The position numbers and the translations under genes were made by a program. Shown in pieces: positions 32,798-43,374 of a DNA stretch of 64,000 nt. Each line of letters begins with the position of its first letter. Within the stretch, counting starts at the first letter, position 1. Origin of the DNA: an uncultured cyanobacterium (GTDB taxonomy: Bacteria; Cyanobacteriota; Cyanobacteriia; Phormidesmidales; Phormidesmidaceae). The notes beneath the pieces were generated by a model. The model was not told the origin of the DNA. It saw only the letters and a list, made by a program, of their open reading frames with translations, and did not search any database. Location: positions 640,001 through 704,000 of the forward strand of contig CAWBZI010000002.1 in assembly GCA_963793265.1 (NCBI GenBank), read 5' to 3'.

Positions 32798-33125
32798 TCA
32801 GTTGGTTTTTTCCACAACGGCATATTGTCCTTTAGTTGGCATAGCTAGAGCCTCTAAAATATCAGAAGCTAGTGGTCGCAGGTCAGCGAGTCGATTGGAT
32901 GGTACATGCAAAACTACAATAAAAAGAGAAAGTTCTCTCAAATTCTGTTGAAATGGCAAACTTCTATCAACCGTTATAAAAGCGTCGAATTCAACTTCCG
33001 CCAACAATAGAAGCTGTCCGTCCTTGACCCCCAGCCCAGCCCATTTGCGGAACTGTTTTAACCTCGTGGTTGTTAAGGCATTTTGAAAATCTGCGATCGA
33101 TGCATTCATCTAAAAGAATTCTCAT
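32798..33125 (-). pseudogene. DUF5615/VapC45-like PIN toxin, frameshifted
   Basis: MRILLDECIDRRFSKCLNNHEVKTVPQMGWAG from ATG 33125, extra base in the G5 run (33028-33032), resumes VKDGQLLLLAEVEFDAFITVDRSL. Confidence 0.85.
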
Positions 33126-33126
33126 A

Positions 33127-33345
33127 CTAAGCAGCTTTCTCAACCAGCTGCCTACTTACTTCTTCTAAAAGCTCAATCACCTGATGCTTTGTTACCGTCG
33201 GAAATCCATCTAAAAAGTCATCAATTGACTCTCCTGCTTTTATATAATCCAAAAGAGTCTGAATAGGTACTCTTGTGCCCATAAAAACGGGTGTGCCGCT
33301 CATGACTTCTGAAGATACGCTAACTACAGATTCTTGCTTATTCAT
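33127..33345 (-). CDS. DUF433 antitoxin
   Basis: EVMSGTPVFMGTRVPIQTLLDYIKAGESIDDFLDGFPTV. Confidence 0.92.
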   Translation of the reverse strand: MNKQESVVSVSSEVMSGTPVFMGTRVPIQTLLDYIKAGESIDDFLDGFPTVTKHQVIELLEEVSRQLVEKAA

Positions 33346-33378
33346 ACGTCTCCATAATGTGCGTACCAACCGTTAAAC

Positions 33379-34143
33379 TCATTTAATCATTTTACCGCTT
33401 TCTTTCAAAACAGTATCTACGACATCCAACATAAACTCAATAAATATGGTGCTACTAGCAGCTCTATCAGCATCTCCTAAAACCTGATAGTAGCGTCTCT
33501 GCCGATCTTCAATTACGCTTTCAATAGGCAAAAGGTAAAACAGCTCGTTCCAGTTCCCTAAAATCAAAGTCTGCCAGAGCCGACCCATCCTACCGTTGCC
33601 ATCCATAAAAGGATGGATAAACTCAAATTCATAGTGAAACACACAGCTCTTGATTAGGGGATGATCCTCTGCATTTTTCACCCAGTTCAGCAAATCTGTC
33701 ATCAAAACCGGTACTCTCTTAGCAGGTGGAGCCATATGAACAACCTGCTCGCCCTTTTGAATTCCCACACCGCCCTTCCGAAACTTCCCAGCATCTACCA
33801 AAATACCTGCCATTAAATACCGATGGGCCGTTAGCAAGTCTTCAACACTGACGGGATTCAAATTCGGCAAAACTTCGTAAGCTCGAATAGCCCCATGAAC
33901 TTCCTGAATCTCTCTCGGCTGACCCAGCACTCGCTTACCCTCAATAATAGCAGTCACCTGCTCCAGCGATAGCGTGTTGCCTTCAATCGCAAGCGTACTT
34001 TGAATCGTTTGAATCTGATTTTGTTTGCGTAGCTGCGGTGAGGATGTGAAGCTTTGGCTGTTAAGTCGTCCAACCTGCTCGGAGATAGAGCTGATAAGGT
34101 TGATAATTTTTGGACTGATATCGAAAGGCGGCTGATATGACAT
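33379..34143 (-). CDS. Fic family protein
   Basis: HPFMDGNGRMGR Fic motif; STLAIEGN inhibitory-helix motif. Confidence 0.93.
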   Translation of the reverse strand: MSYQPPFDISPKIINLISSISEQVGRLNSQSFTSSPQLRKQNQIQTIQSTLAIEGNTLSLEQVTAIIEGKRVLGQPREIQEVHGAIRAYEVLPNLNPVSVEDLLTAHRYLMAGILVDAGKFRKGGVGIQKGEQVVHMAPPAKRVPVLMTDLLNWVKNAEDHPLIKSCVFHYEFEFIHPFMDGNGRMGRLWQTLILGNWNELFYLLPIESVIEDRQRRYYQVLGDADRAASSTIFIEFMLDVVDTVLKESGKMIK

Positions 34144-34239
34144 TACAAGATCATGTCGAAAATATGACGCACTTTGTTCTTCGCTCAAAATAGAGTTCAA
34201 CGTTTTTGATGTTAGTTCTCATCACTAAGCGCTGTTTCA

Positions 34240-35808
34240 TTACATACTGCTATCTTCAGACTTTTCAGGCTTGAGTAAGGGAAAGGCGATCGCATCCCTT
34301 ATACTCGCAGAATCCGTCAGCACCATCACCAATCGATCAATCCCAATCCCCATGCCCACAGTCGGTGGCATCCCATACTCTAGCGCCGTAATAAAGTCCT
34401 CATCAACGCTGTGGGCCTCCAAGTCCCCCGCCTCTTTCTTCGCCGCCTGTAATTCCAATCGCTCTCTTTGATCCACCGGATCGGTTAGCTCTGAAAAGCC
34501 GTTTGCCGTTTCGCGTCCAACAATAAACAATTCAAACCTCTCAACCAAGCCAGGCTTACTGCGGTGAGGCTTAGATAGCGGAGAAATCTCGATTGGATAG
34601 TCAATCACAAAAGTTGGCTGAATTAAAGTCTCTTCTACTTTTTGCTCAAACGCCTCATTCAGCACGTGCCCTACACTCTCGCAGCCGTCCACATCGCCAA
34701 CACCTGCATCCTTTGCAGCTTTCTTCGCCTCAGCCAAATCATCGAACTGACTAAAGTCAACGCCCGTTTTCTCTTTCACCGCCTCGTGCATGGTAATTCT
34801 CTTCCAAGGCTGTGCAAAGCTAATCTCCTCACCCTGATAAGTGAGCGTTTTGCTACCAGCAACTTCATCGGCAATCTGTTCAATCATGTTCTCAGTCAGC
34901 GCCATCATGTCGTTATAGTCGCCGTAAGCCTGATACATTTCAATCGTCGTAAACTCAGGGTTGTGCCGGGTAGAAATACCCTCGTTACGGAACACGCGGC
35001 CCAGCTCAAACACCTTTTCAAAGCCGCCTACTACCATCCGCTTTAGATGCAGCTCGGTTGCAATCCGTAAATACAGCTCCATATCTAGCGTATTGTGATA
35101 GGTCACAAAGGGCCGCGCCTCTGCGCCACCCGGCTCTGATTGCAGCACAGGCGTCTCTATTTCTAAGTAGCCCAGCTCATCTAAATGGCGGCGGATAGCA
35201 GCCGTGATCTTAGCCCGCTTGCGAAAGGTTTCACGGACTTCAGGATTGACGATTAGATCTACATAGCGCTGACGGTAGCGCTTAGCCACATCTGTAAGGC
35301 CGTGGAACTTATCAGGCAGCGGCAGCAGTGACTTTGTAAGCATGGCGTACTGCTTCACTTTTACCGACAGCTCGCCTTTATCAGTACGCTTAATCGTGCC
35401 GCGCGCACCAATAATATCGCCTGCATCCGTAAGCTGCTTAAGATGGTTGAAAGCCTGTTCGTCAGCTTCGCCCATTTCAGCTTGAATGGTCTTTTTCTCT
35501 AGATAGAGTTGAATGGTGCCGGTTTCGTCTTGCAGCGTGAAAAAAGCCAGCTTGCCGAACACGCGCCGCGCCATGATGCGCCCGGCAATAGAGACTTCAA
35601 AATCTTCTTCTGCGCCCGCTTCAAGTTCTGCAAACTTAGCCTGCAATTCAGACACCGGATGCGTTACGTCCCAGGTATAGGCGTAAGGCGTGAGGCCCGC
35701 TTGTTTCAACTCTTCTACCTTTGTCAGGCGAGTGGCGCGGATGCCTTCTAGGCCGGAATCGCTGCTGTCGTTAGGGGTAGGGGAGTTAGCGGACTTATCT
35801 GATGCCAT
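34240..35808 (-). CDS. lysS: lysine--tRNA ligase (class II)
   Basis: [33 protein letters not shown]. Confidence 0.98.
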   Translation of the reverse strand: MASDKSANSPTPNDSSDSGLEGIRATRLTKVEELKQAGLTPYAYTWDVTHPVSELQAKFAELEAGAEEDFEVSIAGRIMARRVFGKLAFFTLQDETGTIQLYLEKKTIQAEMGEADEQAFNHLKQLTDAGDIIGARGTIKRTDKGELSVKVKQYAMLTKSLLPLPDKFHGLTDVAKRYRQRYVDLIVNPEVRETFRKRAKITAAIRRHLDELGYLEIETPVLQSEPGGAEARPFVTYHNTLDMELYLRIATELHLKRMVVGGFEKVFELGRVFRNEGISTRHNPEFTTIEMYQAYGDYNDMMALTENMIEQIADEVAGSKTLTYQGEEISFAQPWKRITMHEAVKEKTGVDFSQFDDLAEAKKAAKDAGVGDVDGCESVGHVLNEAFEQKVEETLIQPTFVIDYPIEISPLSKPHRSKPGLVERFELFIVGRETANGFSELTDPVDQRERLELQAAKKEAGDLEAHSVDEDFITALEYGMPPTVGMGIGIDRLVMVLTDSASIRDAIAFPLLKPEKSEDSSM

Positions 35809-35900
35809 TGGCTGAAACGATGGGGGTTTATTTGCAAGTCCCCATTGTATCGGTACAGGGCTTATCGGCACAGGGCCAGAACTACTACGCCCAGATATAC

Positions 35901-36521
35901 CTATTTGGAATCGCTCAAGACACCGTTTAGGAAAATGTCGGCTAGCGTTTCGGCCATTTCTCTCATGTCGTTAGGAGAGCTGGCTTCGTCGGCCATGGTG
36001 GACTGGCTGAAGCCTGAGACGGTGAACATGCCAAGGAAGATGCGGGCGACGACGCGGGGGTTCATTTTGCGGTATTCGCCTCTGTCCATTGCGGTTTGGA
36101 AGAAGGCTTCGGTGACATCGGTCATTTTGTCGATCACCTCAAGTTGGATGCGATCGCGCAACTCTGGATGAAACTGCGCTTCCATAAAGCACACCCGCAG
36201 CATATCCGTATTCGCATTTAAGCTCAGCATCCGCTTACGCATCACCTGCGCGACCGCCTTATAGCTCGCCATCTCACTTAGCTCAGTGAGCAAATCAGTC
36301 AAAATTTCCATCCAGCCACGCGTAGCAACTTCCACCAAAATCGCCTTCTTATTTTCAAAATGACGAAACAAAGTGCCTTCAGCAACACCAGCCGCCTCTG
36401 CCAGTTCGCGCGTCGTTGTACCGCCATAGCCACGCTTAGCAAACAGCTTCTCTGCCGCTTTCAAAATACGGTTCTGTGTCTCTTCTTCCTTCGACACGGT
36501 CTTTTGTTTGTAAAGCTGCAT
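35901..36521 (-). CDS. TetR/AcrR family regulator
   Basis: [26 protein letters not shown]. Confidence 0.93.
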   Translation of the reverse strand: MQLYKQKTVSKEEETQNRILKAAEKLFAKRGYGGTTTRELAEAAGVAEGTLFRHFENKKAILVEVATRGWMEILTDLLTELSEMASYKAVAQVMRKRMLSLNANTDMLRVCFMEAQFHPELRDRIQLEVIDKMTDVTEAFFQTAMDRGEYRKMNPRVVARIFLGMFTVSGFSQSTMADEASSPNDMREMAETLADIFLNGVLSDSK

Positions 36522-36818
36522 GGTTAAACCGATCTTGTGCTGGCATCATCTTTCACCCTACCGCTATTTTTCATTGATGGAGATTAAAACAAGTAGGGGA
36601 GTTCACAAAATAATATTGTTTCCCTCCCTCTTTTGTAGGATATGACGTGACATTTTCTCGCTATGCACCATATATACCTGTAAGGCAGCAGTTCAAGAAG
36701 TGACACATCACTTAACACATGTCCGGCCAGGATGCCGACAGCATAGAAGAAAGAGTTGGGAACCTTACGGAACATGCTGCCTAGCGATGAAAACTAAGCA
36801 GGGAAAGTAGGGAAATAA

Positions 36819-38402
36819 ATGGGAGAAATGACAAGGGTGATGAATCGAAATACGGCGACTTGGTTTAATCCATTTGGCGAAGCTGACTGCGAATCAGAAG
36901 TAAAGCTGCTTAAAGAAGACTACAGTCGCTACTTTTTTTATCACACCCGGTTCAATAACCTGGCGCTTGATCCTAACGTATTTTTGATCATAGGCAGACG
37001 CGGCTCTGGTAAAACGGCGCTCTCTCAGTTTTTCTCCTTTCAAAAGCAGATGAGCGGGGCGATCGCAATTGATGTAGACGAACCCGCTGCCTTTGAAAAA
37101 GTTCTCGAAGACATCACCCTCAAAGCACCTCATGCCCGCGAAGTCGCCATTCCTCGTATTGCCACCATCTGGCACTTGGTCGTGTGGTCAGTGATCTTCC
37201 GCGAGCTAGAACACCTCGACCCGCGCATTCGCGCCGCCTGCATTTTTGGCACTCGCGAAGGCAAGCTGTCTACCTTTGTTCGCCACTGCCTTAAGGCCCT
37301 ACTCGACCGACTTGTGCAAAGTGACGACGATTTGCTCGACGAACTCGAAGACATCTTCGCGGATAGTCGCATACGCGCAGGCATGGCCGCTGTGCTTGAA
37401 ATTGCCAAAACCCGGCCTGTCATCATCGCCTTCGACACGCTGGAAAACTACGCCGTCCACGACCCCACCATGATGCGGGCCACCGCCGCGCTGATCAAAT
37501 GCGGCTCCGAATTTAACCGCGACTTCGCCCACCAGGGCGTACATATCAAAATTTTCGCTATGGCCGAAGTTTTTCCTCACCTCAAGGAAGAAATTATCCT
37601 TAACCCGCTCAAATCGGTACGCAACGAGGTGCACATGCACTGGCGACCCAAAGACTTGATGCGACTCATTAGCTGGCGCTTTTATAACTATCTTCAAGCG
37701 ATGGACATGCTGCTACCCGAGTCGCGCACGATTGACTGGGATAGCTCTACCGACGTGCTCGAAAAAATGTGGTATCCGTACTTTGGTCAAACGCTGCGCA
37801 ACGAGCAGGGCCTGCCAGAGAGAACCTTTCCCTATGTGCTCAGACACACGCAAATGCGGCCCCGGCAGCTCATTGTGCTGTGCAACGCGATCGCCCGCCG
37901 CGCCATCGAGAAGAAAACCTTTCCGCAGTTCCATCCCAACACTATCGTCAGCGCCGTTCAGCACCGCCAAAACTCCCTGGCCGAAGAAGTCATCAACTCC
38001 TATAGCTCCGTCTACCCCAAAGTAGGCCGCATTCTAGAGGCGCTCTCCGGCATTCCGATGATCTTCAAAGGCAACGAACTCGACAGGCGCGCGCCGCTAA
38101 CCGCTTCCGAATGGAGCGGTGAATACTCTCCGCATGGCTTCAGGCAGCTTGTTAGCGAACTGGGTGTGATTGGTCGCGTTCGTCACCTCAATCCCGAAGC
38201 AGGCTACGCCGAAGCAGACTTTGAATACAGCACTGAAAGCCGCCTGCCACTGCTTTCAAATAACACCTGTGCGGTTCACCCCATGTTCTACCGCAAGCTC
38301 AGCGTTCAATACGAAGATCGGGTTCGGGTGTACCCCTTCCCCGACCACGAAGACTTCAAGCCCTGGCGCATGGACAAATCAGGCCGCCCCATTTCCATTT
38401 AA
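36819..38402 (+). CDS. P-loop ATPase, Sll1717-like family
   Basis: Walker A GRRGSGKT, Walker B-like IIAFDTLE, RHTQMRPRQLI motif, C-terminal ELGVIG helix. Confidence 0.75.
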   Translation: MGEMTRVMNRNTATWFNPFGEADCESEVKLLKEDYSRYFFYHTRFNNLALDPNVFLIIGRRGSGKTALSQFFSFQKQMSGAIAIDVDEPAAFEKVLEDITLKAPHAREVAIPRIATIWHLVVWSVIFRELEHLDPRIRAACIFGTREGKLSTFVRHCLKALLDRLVQSDDDLLDELEDIFADSRIRAGMAAVLEIAKTRPVIIAFDTLENYAVHDPTMMRATAALIKCGSEFNRDFAHQGVHIKIFAMAEVFPHLKEEIILNPLKSVRNEVHMHWRPKDLMRLISWRFYNYLQAMDMLLPESRTIDWDSSTDVLEKMWYPYFGQTLRNEQGLPERTFPYVLRHTQMRPRQLIVLCNAIARRAIEKKTFPQFHPNTIVSAVQHRQNSLAEEVINSYSSVYPKVGRILEALSGIPMIFKGNELDRRAPLTASEWSGEYSPHGFRQLVSELGVIGRVRHLNPEAGYAEADFEYSTESRLPLLSNNTCAVHPMFYRKLSVQYEDRVRVYPFPDHEDFKPWRMDKSGRPISI

Positions 38403-38452
38403 GACAGATCCTCCACTAGGATCTCAATGAGCAGCCGCTAATATTCAAGGCT

Positions 38453-38617
38453 ATGTCTATTGTCATTCTCCTCATTACCATCTGGGTTGCCTACGTGCTC
38501 TCAGTAGCCGCAGATGCCTTCCCTAACATTTTATGGGGCTGGATACACCTGCCTGCCTGGCTACTTTGGCTACCTTTGATCGCCTTATTTGCCTGGTGCA
38601 TGGACGATGAGCCATAG
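38453..38617 (+). CDS. small (54 aa) two-helix membrane protein, absent from the ORF track
   Basis: MSIVILLITIWVAYVLSVAADAFPNILWGWIHLPAWLLWLPLIALFAWCMDDEP*. Confidence 0.7.
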   Translation: MSIVILLITIWVAYVLSVAADAFPNILWGWIHLPAWLLWLPLIALFAWCMDDEP

Positions 38618-38760
38618 CCTTTTCGACCAAAAGCGTACTGTTACAGACATTTTCGCTTAGTATGAAGCTGAGATGAAGATAAGTTCATAATTTATCCGTT
38701 TTGAGAGAGATGGGTAAGGTGGATTTTAAAGCAAGTTCTTTTCGGCACATACATTTCCTC

Positions 38761-39129
38761 ATGAGCAAAAGTCACCTTTTTGAGCACCCTATCACTGAGC
38801 CTGACTTCGATTGGCAGCAGCTCAAACAGCTCGCGGGTGAAGACGCTACTTTTGAAGTTGAACTATTAGAGATGTTTTTGAGCGATGCTGAAAGCAGCTT
38901 GAAGCGGTTGGAGCAGGCGCTCGCAGCTCATAGCATTCAAACCATAGAAGACACCGCTCATTCTTTGCGAGGGGCGAGCGCTAATGTGGGTGCGATCGCC
39001 CTTGCCCGCAGCGTCCGTCGGCTCGAACAAACGGCCCGTAGCGGTCATTTAACGGAAGCTCAAACGCTGCTTCAGGAAATTGACCGGCATTGCCAAAAGG
39101 TACGGGCCTATCTGCACTCAAGACGCTAA
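38761..39129 (+). CDS. stand-alone Hpt (histidine phosphotransfer) protein
   Basis: AHSLRGASANVGA Hpt signature. Confidence 0.92.
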   Translation: MSKSHLFEHPITEPDFDWQQLKQLAGEDATFEVELLEMFLSDAESSLKRLEQALAAHSIQTIEDTAHSLRGASANVGAIALARSVRRLEQTARSGHLTEAQTLLQEIDRHCQKVRAYLHSRR

Positions 39130-39217
39130 AGGCACACAGCACTCATTGGCCTACTTCCAGTAACGATTTACACTGAACTTTTCTTTTGATGGTTGCCTTA
39201 ATTCAGCCAAACTGTAA

Positions 39218-39610
<393 letters not shown>

Positions 39611-39619
39611 AGCGCAGTC

Positions 39620-40339
39620 CTAAAACAGCGTTCCTAGCCAGAAGCAAACCGCCGCTGTACCGAGTGGAACGCTGAGGTTATCAATGCCGTACTTGGAGGC
39701 CGATTCTAGGGCAGCCGCGATCGCTGCCCCAATGCCCGCAGTCATCCAGGTTGCCATCACCGGCCCCTGCATCCAAAGCAAAATGCTGGCGCACACCACA
39801 TAGCTAACGACAAACATCGTCAGGCTACCTTCCCAGCTTTTTTTCTCACCCCAAATTTGGTACGGGTGCTGACCAAACCGCTGACCTACTAGCGCCGCTA
39901 AACCATCGCCCCAGGTCATCGTTAAGATACCAATCGCAGCATACTGCGGCTGCTGTATGGGCCAAAAGCAAATAATGAGGACGCCAATGCTCACCGCATA
40001 AAAAAAAGTGCCCAGGCTTTTGCGACCCACGCTGTTGATGCCCGGCAGCAGAGGAAAGCGATAGGAAAGTAACGCCACACTGCTAAAGAGAATAGACGCG
40101 GCAATTCCAGCCCAAGCAGGCACCGAGAGCCACCAGGCAATTAAAATCACGTGACCTGCGCCAATGTGGACAACCTTGCGCGTAATTTCGGGGCCATAGC
40201 CCAGCCGTCGCAAAGCTTCTGACGCGCCGCCGATGATGGCGAGCCAGGTTAAAACGATCGCGCTTTGGAGGAGTAAAAGAGGCAATTGTGAGGGCGGCTG
40301 ATGATTTTTTAGCAGGGGTGCGGGGTATCGCCCAGACAC
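39620..40339 (-). CDS. phytol/dolichol kinase family membrane protein
   Basis: RKVVHIGAG, WGDGLAALVG, KKSWEGS, GIDNLSVP. Confidence 0.9.
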   Translation of the reverse strand: MSGRYPAPLLKNHQPPSQLPLLLLQSAIVLTWLAIIGGASEALRRLGYGPEITRKVVHIGAGHVILIAWWLSVPAWAGIAASILFSSVALLSYRFPLLPGINSVGRKSLGTFFYAVSIGVLIICFWPIQQPQYAAIGILTMTWGDGLAALVGQRFGQHPYQIWGEKKSWEGSLTMFVVSYVVCASILLWMQGPVMATWMTAGIGAAIAAALESASKYGIDNLSVPLGTAAVCFWLGTLF

Positions 40340-40389
40340 TTTGACTGCTATCTTGATGTAGAAATTACTGACTTAACTATAGAGCACGC

Positions 40390-41118
40390 ATGGGTAAACC
40401 CTATCAGCGAGTACTGCTAAAACTTAGCGGTGAAGCCCTCATGGGTGATCTGGCCTACGGCATCGATCCGGGCATTGTTGACGCGATCGCCCAGGAAATA
40501 TCGGGCGTCGTCTCAGAAGGCATTGAGCTGGCCATCGTCGTGGGCGGCGGCAACATCTTTCGGGGCGTCAAAGGAGCTTCGGCAGGCATGGACAGAGCCA
40601 CCGCCGACTACATCGGCATGATTGCTACCATCATGAACGCCATGACCCTGCAAGATGCCCTAGAGCGCATCAATGTGCCCACGCGCGTACAAACGGCCAT
40701 CTCTATGCAGGAGCTAGCCGAGCCCTACATTCGCCGCCGCGCCATTCGCCACCTCGAAAAAGGCAGAGTCGTCATCTTCGGCGGCGGCTCAGGCAATCCC
40801 TTCTTCACCACCGACACCACCGCGGCCCTAAGAGCCGCTGAAATTAGCGCCGAAGTGCTCTTCAAGGCCACCAAGGTAGATGGTGTGTACGATAGCGATC
40901 CGGCAACCAATCCTGACGCCAGGCGCTTTAACTCGCTCACCTATAGCCACGTTTTGGCAAAAGATCTTAAAGTAATGGACAGCACCGCCATTGCGCTGTG
41001 CAAAGATAACAACATTCCAATCATGGTGTTTAACCTCTCAATGAGAGGGAATATCAACCGCGCCATGATGGGTGAACCTATTGGAACCATTGTGGGAGAG
41101 TCCTGTGAAGTTAGCTGA
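40390..41118 (+). CDS. pyrH: UMP kinase
   Basis: [26 protein letters not shown]. Confidence 0.98.
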   Translation: MGKPYQRVLLKLSGEALMGDLAYGIDPGIVDAIAQEISGVVSEGIELAIVVGGGNIFRGVKGASAGMDRATADYIGMIATIMNAMTLQDALERINVPTRVQTAISMQELAEPYIRRRAIRHLEKGRVVIFGGGSGNPFFTTDTTAALRAAEISAEVLFKATKVDGVYDSDPATNPDARRFNSLTYSHVLAKDLKVMDSTAIALCKDNNIPIMVFNLSMRGNINRAMMGEPIGTIVGESCEVS

Positions 41119-41662
41119 TTTAGGCGAAGTTGAAGCCGCGATGCAAAAAGCCGTTGAGTCTACTCAGCGCTCATTCAACACGATTCGCACCGGGCGGGCA
41201 AGCACATCGCTACTAGACCGGATTATGGTGGACTATTACGGCTCGCCAACGAGCCTGAAGTCGCTAGCCAACATCACTACGCCCGACGCGAGTACGCTGA
41301 TGATTCAGGCATTCGATCCTGGCTCAGTGCAGCTCATCGAAAAGGCCATCTCTATGTCTGATGTGGGCCTCGTGCCCAACAGTGACGGTACGCTAATTAG
41401 GCTCAATATTCCACCGCTCACGACCGAGCGCCGTCAGGAATTTGTCAAAATGGCCGGGAAATATGCCGAAGAAGGCCGGGTGTCGGTGCGCAACGTGCGT
41501 CGCGATGGCATTGACTTGGCCAAAAGCTTAGAAAAAGACGGTGATATTTCTGAAGACGAGTCTCGCGATATGCAAGACGAGGTTCAAAAGCTCACAGACA
41601 AATATACAAAGGCAATCGATCAGTCATTAGCCGATAAAGAGAAGGCCATTCAAACGGTCTAG
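41105..41662 (+). CDS. frr: ribosome recycling factor
   Basis: [22 protein letters not shown]; follows pyrH. Confidence 0.97.
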   Translation: MKLADLGEVEAAMQKAVESTQRSFNTIRTGRASTSLLDRIMVDYYGSPTSLKSLANITTPDASTLMIQAFDPGSVQLIEKAISMSDVGLVPNSDGTLIRLNIPPLTTERRQEFVKMAGKYAEEGRVSVRNVRRDGIDLAKSLEKDGDISEDESRDMQDEVQKLTDKYTKAIDQSLADKEKAIQTV

Positions 41663-41671
41663 GCAAGCAGT

Positions 41672-42799
41672 ATGTTTGATTGCATCATTGTGGGCGGTGG
41701 CCCGGCAGGTAGCTCAGCGGCCTATCACTTAGCCAAAGCTGGGCGGGACGTTTTACTGCTAGAAAAAGCAGCGCTGCCTCGATACAAGCCCTGTAGCGGA
41801 GCCGTTTCGCCTAGCGTAGCCGACTGGTTCGATTTTGACTTTACGCCTGCTATTGACAGCAAAATCAGCAACGTTCGCTATACCTGGAAGCTAGGTGATG
41901 CCGTTGATGCGCGGCTCGAAACAGAACCTATTTGGAGCGTTCGCAGAGACGTTTTCGACCAGTTTTTAATCGATCAGGCGAAGGCGAAAGGTGCGCAGGT
42001 AAAAGATAAAACGGCTGTAACTGGTATTGAATTTAGGGGCGACTGCTGGCAGATTAACACTGCTAACGAAACCCTATCAGCGCGCTACATTGTCGCTGCT
42101 GACGGTGCAAAAGGCCCGATGGCCGACTGGCTCGGATTTAGATCGCATAAGGTGCGTGAAGCGGGTGCTCTAGAAATTGCAACGCCTGAGCCCGTGAAAG
42201 AGGGCGCTTTTAGCTTTGAATTTGGCCTGGCTAAAAACGGCTGTCTCTGGAGCTTTCCGAAGCAGCAGGGCTACTCGATTGGCATCAGCAGCTTTGTCGG
42301 CAAATCACTCAAGGATCTTAAAACGCCTTTGAGCCAGTACGCGCCCGAGTTTGGTGCGAGCTTTGAGCAGGGGACGCTGCACACTCATCCGCTGAAGCTG
42401 TGGGACGGAAACTGCGAGCTGCATCGCGATCGCGCCCTTTTGGCCGGGGAAGCCGCTGCCATCGTCGATCCACTCACAGCAGAAGGCATTCGCCCAGCGA
42501 TGTATAGCGGCATGATGTCCGCACAGGCAATCGATAAAGCCCTAGCAGGCGACAGCGAGGCGCTAGCAGGCTACAGCAAAATTATTCATGAGAGCTGGGG
42601 CGCTGATATGCAGTGGGCTCAGCGTATTGCTAGCGTGTTCTTTCGGGTGCCAAAAGTGGGCTACCGAGTGGGGATAAAACGGCCCACGGCGACCAAGCGA
42701 TTAGGTCAAATACTCGCGGGCGAAGTTAGCTACGCCGATATTGCAAACCGGGTGATAAAGCGGCTGAGTACGAGCTTCATTCCCGGTATGGGCAAGTGA
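41672..42799 (+). CDS. geranylgeranyl reductase family FAD oxidoreductase
   Basis: GGGPAGS, PRYKPC, DPLTAEGIRPA. Confidence 0.9.
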   Translation: MFDCIIVGGGPAGSSAAYHLAKAGRDVLLLEKAALPRYKPCSGAVSPSVADWFDFDFTPAIDSKISNVRYTWKLGDAVDARLETEPIWSVRRDVFDQFLIDQAKAKGAQVKDKTAVTGIEFRGDCWQINTANETLSARYIVAADGAKGPMADWLGFRSHKVREAGALEIATPEPVKEGAFSFEFGLAKNGCLWSFPKQQGYSIGISSFVGKSLKDLKTPLSQYAPEFGASFEQGTLHTHPLKLWDGNCELHRDRALLAGEAAAIVDPLTAEGIRPAMYSGMMSAQAIDKALAGDSEALAGYSKIIHESWGADMQWAQRIASVFFRVPKVGYRVGIKRPTATKRLGQILAGEVSYADIANRVIKRLSTSFIPGMGK

Positions 42800-42816
42800 T
42801 ATTCGGCTAACGATAC

Positions 42817-43071
42817 CTACAGATTTTGCGGTGAATCAGGAGCCACTTCAAGCCCTTGCGTACGCTTCACCATAAACTGATCGGTAATGAGATCGTCTAG
42901 CCCATCAAGCGAGACGCCCATGTCATCGCCTGCCTTAGAAAGTGCTGACTGAAAGCCACTAATGTCTGAGCCGTAGCCGCATAGGCGCGCAGCCTCTTCG
43001 GGCCCCTGCTGTGCATTCGCTTTAGCACAGTCAATCAGAGCGATACCGGTCAGTGGTTGAGACGCTGCCAT
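42817..43071 (-). CDS. conserved cyanobacterial hypothetical protein
   Basis: LIDCAKANA...CGYG...EVAPDS; 84 aa. Confidence 0.75.
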   Translation of the reverse strand: MAASQPLTGIALIDCAKANAQQGPEEAARLCGYGSDISGFQSALSKAGDDMGVSLDGLDDLITDQFMVKRTQGLEVAPDSPQNL

Positions 43072-43374
43072 TTGAATCCTTATTTCTTTTTATCAGGAGC
43101 ACCATAGCCGCTACGAGTGCAGTTTTTGCTGTGCCTGAAGAATGAAATTAGACGAAACGAGCCTTGCCTTGCGGACGAAAGTGCGATCGCTTCTAAACGC
43201 TCACCCCATTCGCAGCTAACGCCTTAGATCCTAGCATTTTCGCGGAACAGAACACTTCAACTTTTGTTGTTGACCTTTTGATAATGGGTACCTTGTAACC
43301 GACTTCTGAGTGCCTCAAGGTGTTGCTTTTAGCGGCCTCACATAAAAGGCATTATCATCGCAAAACTGATCAAC

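Noticed and set aside
32798..33109. 103-aa ORF as an intact gene
   Set aside because: Its N-terminus is out of frame; the PIN N-terminus (MRILLDEC) is in another frame from 33125
36584..36784. Short ORFs between tetR and the ATPase (63 aa minus; 21 aa plus)
   Set aside because: No supporting features; likely divergent promoter DNA
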